Positions 54,108 to 64,000 of a stretch of DNA of 64,000 nucleotides are shown in pieces. This stretch comes from Octopus vulgaris. Taxonomy: Eukaryota. Positions within the stretch are counted from its first letter, which is position 1. Each line of letters begins with the position of its first letter. A program made the position numbers and the translations under genes. The notes under the pieces are model-generated. The model worked only from the letters and a program-made list of their open reading frames with translations, was not told the DNA's origin and made no database searches. The DNA is taken from contig OX597826.1 in NCBI GenBank assembly GCA_951406725.2, forward strand, positions 45,632,001-45,696,000. Direction: 5' to 3'.

Positions 54108-55452
54108 ACTCTTTACTCTTTTACTCTTTTACTTGTTTCAGTCATTTGACTGCGGCCATGCTGGAGCACCGCCTTTAATCGAGCAACTCGACCCCGGGAC
54201 TTATTCTTTTGTAAGCCCAGTACTTATTTTATCGGTCTCTTTTGCCGAACCGCCAAGTAACGGGGACATAAACACACCAGCATCGGTTGTCAAGCAATGC
54301 TAGGGGGAAAAAAAACACAGACACACAAACACACACACGCATATATATATACATATATACGACGGGCTTCTTTCAGTTTCCGTCTACCAAATCCACTCAC
54401 AAGGCATTGGTCGGCCCGAGGCTATAGTAGAAGACACTTGCCCAAGGTGCCACGCAGTGGGACTGAACCCGGAACCATGTGATTGGTAAGCAAGCTACTT
54501 ACCACACAGCCACTCCTGCGCCATTATACTCTCTTTACTCTTTTACTCTTTTACTTGTTTCAGTTATTTGACTGCGGCCATGCTGGAGCACCGCCTTTAG
54601 TCGAGCAACTCGACCCCGGGACTTATTCTTTTTGTAAGCCCAGTACTTATTCTATCGGTCTCTTTTTGCCGAACCGCTAAGTGACGGGGACGTAAACACA
54701 CCAGCATCGGTTGTCAAGCAATGCTAGGGGAACAGACACACAAACACACACACGCACATACATATATATATATACATACATATATACGACAGGCTTCTTT
54801 CAGTTTCCGTCTACCAAATCCACTCACAAGGCATTGGTCGGCCCAGGGCTATAGCAGAAGACACTTGCCCAAGATGCCACGCAGTGGGACTGAACCCGGA
54901 ACCATGTGGTCGGTTAGCAAGCTACTTACCACACAGCCACTCCTGCGCCTATATATATATAAACATACATATTCTTTTGTTCTTTTACTTGTTTCAGTCA
55001 TTTGACTGCGGCCATGCTGGAGCACCGTCTTGAAGGGTTTTCAACGAAGAAAATCGCCCCCAGGTCTTATTCTTTGTTAGCCTAGCACTTGTTCTATCGG
55101 TGTCTTTTGCTGAGCCGCTAAGCAACGGAGACGTAAGCACACCAACATCGGTTGTCAAAAGGTGATGTGGGTCAAACACAGACACAAAGGTACACATAGA
55201 TACATATATACATATATATGTCTCTGTGCTTGTTAGTGTGTGTATGTGTGTGTGCGTTTGTGTGTGTGTGCGTTTGTGTGTGTGTGTGTGCACGACGGAC
55301 TTCTTTCTGTTTCCGTCTACCAAATCCACTTACAAGACCTTGGTCGGCCCGAGGCTATAATAAAAGACACTCGCCCAAGGTGCCACGTAGTGGAACTGAG
55401 CTCAGAACCAAGTGGTTACAAAGCAAGCTTCTTACCGCACACCCACGACCGC
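54108..55452 (-). mobile_element. Three tandem SINE family B copies (54108-54522, 54527-54949, 54985-55452)
   Basis: Each has its own head (plus-strand cacagccactcctgcgcc in the two younger copies) and tail. Confidence 0.88.
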
Positions 55453-55506
55453 ACCAATATGTACGTGTGTTATATATGATGTATATATAGGTACATATAG
55501 ATATAT

Positions 55507-55578
<72 letters not shown>

Positions 55579-58500
55579 GTATGTATATAAATATAGATAT
55601 GTGTGTGTATATATATATATATATATATGCATGTAAGTGGGTGAGTCAGAAAGTATTGCTCAGAAAGATTGCGTTACTTTCTGGCTCACCCTCGTATATG
55701 TGTGTGCATGTGTAGATATAACATATACGTGTGTGAGTGTATATATATATATGTGTGTATTTATGTATGTATATATATATATATACATATATGTATGTAC
55801 ACATGTATTTCTGCATATATGTGCGTGTGTGTATGTGTCTGTATGTGAAATATATAGGTACTTAGATATACGCATATAATTAGTTTTTATATAAAATGAC
55901 TTTCTTTTTTCCTGACTGATTTCCAACTTAATATGCAACCAGTCATATTGTCTTTCATGCTAACTATTTTGAATCACACACACACATGCACACACAGATA
56001 CATACTCACACACATTGTATATATATATATATATATAGTTTGTTTGTGTTTGCTTCAGTGTTTGCGCTTGCAATGTCCTTAGCGTGTGTCAGGTCGTCAA
56101 GTACAGATTTCTGGGGTGTTTTTTTCCTGTTTTATATATTTTTTATGTTATGCGATGAAGTAAACGAAAAAGTAACAATAACAATAAAACAAAAAAATAA
56201 CATTTCCCTCTCAACAATTTTTGCTTGCTAAGATAATTAACGAAACCTTATCTGGATAGATCTAACTAAAATATTACGAATATACACCAAACAAACTAGT
56301 GAGAGAGCCCAGCGAAGCATACATAATGTTGAATCAAGTTAGATAGACGTTGAGCATACTTAAAATGATACATCATAACCAGATGTCTTTCTCGTTTTCT
56401 TAAGAGATATTGTTGTCTTATGCCAGAAAAGAAAATTGAAAATTATACGCTGTTTATTAATGTTTTGGTGACTGATTAATAATAGTCGAATTATTAAAAT
56501 AAACAGCAACAAAAAATAAGGAATTTAGTCTCTTAAATCTGTCCAAAGTTGTTTGTTTTAGTAAGTATATATCTTTGGTTTCTTGCGTGTTCCTGTCCTT
56601 AAAGTTCTCTAATATGAATAAAATTGTTAATTTCACGTTTGGCTGAAAATATCTCTCGCATTGTAAATTATTTTCTATCGTTGGTTATTCCCTTCTTAGA
56701 TTCATTTTCCTCAACGTCCACTGAACGAGATTGCAGTAAGTGGGGGAAAGAAAAAGAGAGTGTTTTCGAAAGAGCTAAGCATACCGTTTTGCAAAATTCT
56801 CTTTTCAAATTTGTTCCCTCTTGTACGTGGCCACAATGTTGTCACATACCAAACCCCTTCGTTTATGTTCAATATCCTTTACATCAATGGACGACAGATG
56901 TTTGGCTCGCTTCCCAAAACTGAAAACTTTGATTTGATATCTAATACAGCATAAAATGCCATTAAATAGAGAACGAAGATATTTATTCTTTGCTTTTTCT
57001 ATGAGTTTCTGCTATAAACGTTTGTTACGCGAAGGATATTAGCCTGCCATAGCTTAATAAGTGTCGCGACAATGATTCTGAACTGCAAGAATAACGGATG
57101 TAAGGATTAAATAGAACCATTTCTTTGTGACTGGCGGCGATTAAGCTACTGATCTCACGTTGAAGAACTCGAAGCAACTTGAATCCTACCATTAATAATC
57201 TTAGGACTGAAAACTAATTTCAACGGCCCCACCTCTTTCAGTGAAGATCATGACATTGTCTCTCCACATGCAATGAAAATATAATAAAACCAAAATAAAA
57301 CAATAATTATATATTCATTTCTTAGAAAGAACAGAATTTCTTATTTTATTCTGTTGAAAATCTTAAGATTCAAATATCTTCACAGTTAAGTATTTTTTTT
57401 TTTTTTTACGTTTCACTTTTTCCTTTTATTGATCTTCCACACTTTTCTAATAAAGTTTATCTCGCCATAAGCTTGTCATCTACTAACCTCTGGCAACCAA
57501 GCTTTTCTTCCCACAATTCTTTTATATTTTTTTTATTTGTTCTATTTTTATTTTTATTTTTCTTCTTCCTTTATATTTCTTTGAACAATTTCCTATATTA
57601 TGATCAGTTGTTGTCTCTCACAAGACACACATCTTTATTCTGATGTCGAAAAATCTACGTTTTCTATTTGTATGTAGCACAACCGAGATGAATAGGTCCA
57701 GCTACATTTGGCTTTCTCTGATCATAGGCCATAAGTCTACTTCATGATCAGAACAATTTATTGACTCTCTTTTTTTTCTTTCTATGTGGGAAGCAAATGG
57801 CCAAATACTTATAACGCATGGTCTGTATAGCCCAAGGTCAAGAAATTCTGAATGTGCTGAACTATGATCAAACTATTCCAGCTATGACTATACCGTTTTC
57901 TTTATTTTTCTTTTTTTCTGCCCATGGTACTGCATCATCCCATTCTGCCCATGGGACTGCATCTTTTTCTTATGAATGTAGAGAGTGATTGCGCGAAGAT
58001 TTGACTGTTATTTCTAGCTAATCGAATGACCGCATAGAAGCTACTCCATTGGATCATCACATTACAATGCAGATGCCACTGATTTTGTATGTATCTCAGC
58101 TGGCGGGAGATTGGGTGAATCGGCAAAGCGGTCAAAGTGCATCGCGGAAATTAACTACGAATCTTTACGCTCTGAATTCAAATCACAGAGAGGCCAGTTT
58201 CGTTTTCCATCCTTCTGAAACTTATAAAATAAAGTACCAGTCAAATTCTGGGCTCTGTTTTCTCGATTAACCGTTCCTCCCTAAATTTCTGGCCTTGAAA
58301 TTATGTTAGAAACGATTGTTAATCAACTGGTATGTAAATATAGTGTTGACGAGGTGAACATGGAAACCCGAAACAATGTCTTTAATAAGAGTGGAAAAGG
58401 GAGCTGAGAAATATGACTTTAGAGAACACAGAAGCCAAACATGTTTCTGGCTTTCACCTAAAAAGCTGGTAATCTATATGAATATAAACCTTTGAGTGGG

Positions 58501-58645
58501 GATTCTATCATACATAAAGACTTGTGCAAATCCCACGAAATAAGCGACTGTCAGGTTTTTATAACGCCTCCTTTTCACGGAAATGAATGTTTTACAGTCG
58601 CCGCAATCTTAGTCTTTGACTGAAAGAAAAATAAATAAGCAAATA

Positions 58646-59050
58646 GGCGCAGGAGTGGCTGTGTGGTAAGTAGCTTGCTAACCAATCACATGGTTCCGGG
58701 TTCAGTCCCACTGCGTGGCATCTTGGGCGAATGTCTTCTGCTATAGCCTCGGGCCGACCAATGCCTTGTGAGTGGATTTGGTAGACGGAAACTGAAAAAA
58801 GCCTGTCGTATATATATATGTTTATATATGTGTGTGTGTGTGTTTGTGTGTCTGTGTTTGTCCCCCAAGCATTGCTTGACAACCGATGCTGGTGTGTTTA
58901 CGTCCCCGTCACTTAGCGGTTCGGCAAAAGAGACCGATAGAATAAGTACTGGGCTTAGAAAGAATAAGTCCCGGGGTCGATTTGCTCAACTAAAGGTGGT
59001 GCTCCAGCATGGTCGCAGTCAAATGACTGAAACAAGTAAAAGAGAGAGAG
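58646..59050 (+). mobile_element. SINE family B copy, close to consensus
   Basis: Runs from GGCGCAGGAGTGGCTGTGTGG through GACTGAAACAAGTAAAAGAG. Confidence 0.88.
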
Positions 59051-59653
59051 TAAATAAATAAAGACTAAAAACAGAAAAACTAGATTATTATGTAGAGTAT
59101 GATTCTAGTGGGGTTTGGTTGTTATTTCTAGTTAGTCAAGCGACCGTATAGAAGCTCCAGCAGTGGATTATCAAATTAAAATGTAGATATCATTGACTTG
59201 ATAAGCACTTCAGCTGGAAGGAGACAGGTTGAATCGGTAAAGCAGATAGAAAGCATCACGGGAAAATTAGCTTCGGATTATTGTACTCAAATCTCACTGA
59301 GATTAGTTTTGATTTTCATCCCTTTTGGTTATTTTTGTAGTTGTTTATTATTCATATATTTTTTTAACGTCCCATCCAGGATGTACCTCTTTTTAACATT
59401 TATGTGGAATAGTACTTCCCTGGTTAAATATTAATGGAAATTACAAAAGAAGGTTAGAAGAAATATATTGGATCATGGCGCATCATCAGTAATATTTTCT
59501 ACTGGTTGAGAATATAATGTTCTATTTAAATTTTAATCCCAACGAAGGGTTTTTTTTTCGAAAATGTGTTTAAATTGTAATAGTACTGAAATGTAATTAC
59601 TGATTTAATAGTACAAAATAATAGTAGTTTCACGATTTTATTTCTTTATCGTA

Positions 59654-59692
<39 letters not shown>

Positions 59693-60800
59693 ACGTTCCC
59701 TATGAATACGAAAACTGAGTTACCGATTTTGTCATATGAAAAGATTCAGTAATCTTTCGGCTACCAAATAAGGTATGTTTTTTGCACAACTCTTTTTTAC
59801 TACAAAAATAACCTTGAAAACGAAGTTGGGTCGCACAATTTTGAAGTCTTTAGCTAATGGAGGTAACTCTGCCTGTACAATGTCTTACATAGAGCATAAA
59901 AAGAAAATGTTTAAAATACATGGAGTTTTACCAGGAATGAAACTTCTAAAATTCAGATAAGTACTAAAATATATAAATACTAAAGCACAAGTACTATAAT
60001 AAGTAGTAAAATATAAACACCGTTTAAAAATTTTCTTTTTTCTTGTTTGTTAGAAAAATCACGACGCCTAACACTTCCTTGGCATTTTCTATTTTCTCCT
60101 TTGTAAGATCAGAACGTTCACAAGGTGGCGCTATGTCCAGGTTAAGAATCAATTTTTCTAAGTCATAATGGATCTAAAATCAACTCCTTCCGTTCTATGA
60201 TAATTATTTATTCGTTCGAGTCTTGTTTGAATCTCATCTCCCTTGGTACCTAATCCTGAACACACGGTTGCGTACAGAGAAAGATGTCTGATAATGTCAA
60301 GACGACATCTTAATTAAGTGTCAGAGAAGGTTTAATTTCATCTGTGAATTATGATCAAATAAATAAATAAATAAATAAAATAAATAGCAACATTTTAAAC
60401 CACTTCCATTCTTTAATTCATTTTCTCTCCCCAATTTCCCCATACGCTTCAAAAACCCTTTGCTTATTTCATTCGTACGTGTCAAACGCACTGATAGTAA
60501 ATTCTATTTTTTTAAAAAAGGAATAAAATGATGCAATATTAAAAAAAAAAGACAGAAAGCAGTTGTAAGGTTGGTGAATGCAATAAACGTCAAGTTCATA
60601 CCACTTGACAAAGTTATAACTGTAATTAGATAGTATTGATTAATTTTACAACTGTGTCAATCAACAATTGCATTTCTAATTGATACTTCGATTCCAATTT
60701 CAAAAAAAAAATCACAGAGCGAACGTATTAATAATAATGATAATAATAACAACAATAAAAAATTATTGCGGTAACAATAATGATAATAGTAAAGGAAGTG

Positions 60801-60865
<65 letters not shown>

Positions 60866-61020
60866 TGTAGAAGAAGAAGAAGAAGAAATGTAGCAGAACT
60901 CTTATAAAGGAAAAGAGTTGTTTCAGATTCTAAGAATATCTTGCCTTGTTGCGAAAGCGTTGCCTAAGAATTCACTGATAAGAAGGACAGTTCTTTCGAG
61001 ATTTTTCCTATTTTTCTTCA

Positions 61021-61071
<51 letters not shown>

Positions 61072-61221
61072 CATTATTATTATTCATTATTTGATTTTCT
61101 TTTTTTTTCTTTTTTTTTTGACGTTAATTTGTCAAACGATTTTTTTCTGTCAAAAATAATTTTTGAAAAATTACAAATAATAAATTATAACTATAACTTT
61201 ATTTAACATTATGCACGCACG

Positions 61222-61257
<36 letters not shown>

Positions 61258-61626
61258 GAAAGATAGATAGATATGTACATGCATACATATATGTGTGTAT
61301 ATTTAAATATTATTATTATTATTATTATTATCATTATTAATATTGTTATTGTTGTTATTGTCATTATTATTATTATCATTATTATTATCATATACACATA
61401 CATACATGTATGCACATATATGTACATCCATAAATCTATAAATACGCACACATACACATATTTATATTTCAAATATATGTGTGTGTGTATATATATATAT
61501 TTATATATTCATATATATACGCATTCACACACATACATATGTATATATATACATATATATATATACACTCTCACACACATATACATAAATACATATATAT
61601 TCAGTGAGACATACACACACAGACAC

Positions 61627-61672
<46 letters not shown>

Positions 61673-62027
61673 CTATACATGTATGATAATTATCAAACAT
61701 TTTCTCCTTCCACTCTATCGGCTTGATGTCATCGTTCTTGTCGTTGTCATTGTCATCATCATCACCTTCAATATCAATCGTCATCATCAACGCCATCTCC
61801 ATCGTCATTATCATCATCATCATCGTTCTCCTCCTCCTCCTCCTCCTCATCATCATCATCATCATCATCGACCACCGTCATTGTCGTTGTTATGACTGGT
61901 TCTACTGTTACTTGGTTTTCTTGTTATTGTTAGCGTTGTCTTTTATTCATTTATTTCTTGTTACGTTTATTATTCTCCAATGTCTTCAGCCTGAGTAGCC
62001 AATGCAAGAAATCATTATTGCTATAAC

Positions 62028-62098
<71 letters not shown>

Positions 62099-62104
62099 TA
62101 GTCA

Positions 62105-62290
62105 CAAACTCGTTAACAGCGATATTTTTGCCCGTCACTACGGTCTGAGATCAAATTCTGCCGAGGTCGACTTTGCTTTTCATCCTTTAGGGATCGATTT
62201 TAATTAAGTACCAGTTGAATGCTGGTGTCGTTGTAATCGACTCATCCCCTCCCCCAAAATTGCCGCCCTTGTGGCAAAATTTGAAGCCAT
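62105..62290 (+). mobile_element. Diverged SINE family A copy (alpha tail)
   Basis: Core at 62153-62216. Confidence 0.75.
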
Positions 62291-62439
62291 TATTATTATT
62301 ATTTTTTTTATCATCAGCATTGTTATTGTTGTTGTTGTTATTATTATTATTATTATCATTATTATTATCATTATTAATATTGTTATTGTTGTTATTGTCA
62401 TTATTATTATTATTGTTGTTATTATTATTATCATTATTA

Positions 62440-62526
<87 letters not shown>

Positions 62527-62719
62527 TGTTGTTGTTGTTGTTGTTGTTGTTGTAGTAACAGCAGCAGATGTTGTAGTAGTAATAACTGAATTAATGTTAC
62601 TTTTTTTTCTCACTATTTTTTTTTATTCCTTTCCACACTAACTAACAAAGCTAGAGGGCAACAACGAATGTAACAACACCGACATTAACATCGGTACCAC
62701 CTCAATCATCATCATCGTC

Positions 62720-62751
<32 letters not shown>

Positions 62752-63140
62752 CATCACCACCACCACCACCACCACTATCATCATCATCATCATCATCATC
62801 ACTGTTATCACCATTGCCATCATCACCATCATCATCATCCTCATCCCCTCCACCACCACCACCATCATCATCATAATCACCACCATCCCCCTCCTCCTCA
62901 TCATCATCATCGTCGTCGTCGTCGTCGTCTCATCATCATCATTACTTTTCATCATCATCACCATCATGATCGTCATCATCAATGTTATCAACATTACCAT
63001 CATGACCATCATCATCATTATGAACACCATCATCATCATCATCAACATCATCGTCGTCGTCGTCATCATCATCATCATCATTATGAACACCATTATCATC
63101 ATCATCATTGTCATCGTCACGGCATCATCATCATCATAGT
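62290..63140. repeat. (ATT)n/(AGT)n/(CAT)n trinucleotide fields
   Basis: Directly visible. Confidence 0.95.
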
Positions 63141-64000
63141 TGTTGTCATCGCCATCATCTCCATCAACAAAAAGACGAAGAAAAACTAGGAAAAGAACAA
63201 AAACAAGGAAGAGAAGAAGAACAAGAATACCAAGAAGAACAAGAAGAACAAGAAACAACAACAATAATGGCACCATTCACGTTGGTAGATGCTTCTTTTA
63301 CTGTTGTGAAAATAGTAACAGCATTGCTCTTTACCAAATATCAACTCTAAATCCCTCCACTTTCTCTCTCTCTCTCTCTCTTCTATCTTTCTCTTTCTCT
63401 ATTTCTCACTTTCACTCTCCACCCCCTCTCTCCCCCTCCTCTTTCTCATTCCATCTTTAATCTCGTAATCTCTCATCTGTATATAATGAGTCGACGAAAC
63501 GAAAGAACAACAACAATCACAACAGCAATAACAACCACACTTTATAATAACAACAATATAATTTATCAGTTGATGGTTACAGGGGTGTGTGTGTGTGTGT
63601 GTGTGCGTGTGTGTGTGTGCGTGTGTGCGTGCGTATATGTGTGTATTCGCATTCATACATAGATGAGCATATGCATAAATATATGCACACATATGTGTAT
63701 AGGTAGCTATACACATGATATTTACAGAGGTACATACATACATATGGTGTATACATATATACATGCACATATATGCACACTCATATATATACATGTGTGT
63801 ATGTATATATACATGTATATAATGTATATATATATATATATATGTGTGTATATATTTATGTGTATATCATATATGTATATATATATATATGTATATATAC
63901 ATATATACATATATACATATATATGTATCCATATCAATTTATTTATCTATATGTATATATGTGTGTGTGTGCGTATGTATGCATGTTTGTATATATATAT

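Noticed and set aside
62638-63276. Met-rich 212-aa ORF and other poly-His, Thr, Ile and Tyr ORFs throughout the window
   Set aside because: Translations of di-, tri- and tetranucleotide microsatellites.

Overview
This is an AT-rich eukaryotic window, almost certainly coleoid cephalopod and probably Octopus. That assignment rests on my recollection of the SINE families and on the extreme density of (TA)n, (CA)n, (GATA)n, (TAA)n and (TACA)n repeats; no database search was run. I found no convincing host exon, and nearly all listed ORFs are translations of microsatellites or SINEs. The window is a mosaic of simple repeats, at least five tRNA-derived SINE families, two mariner copies (one full length with a single frameshift), hAT and Merlin-like remnants, two MITEs, fragments of RLE-type (Hero, R4/Dong), Tx1, RTE and I-like LINEs, and Penelope-like terminal repeats with minimal hammerhead motifs. 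The most interesting signal is an apparent target-specific retroposon system. SINE family A carries a 3' tail homologous to the 3' end of a Tx1-like LINE, and both copies of that LINE sit inside (GATA)n. Family A builds one-head, many-body arrays of ~184-bp units, apparently by repeated insertion at two fixed sites in its own tRNA-derived head, with visible target-site duplications. A separate ~557-bp non-coding element sits specifically in (TAA)n.
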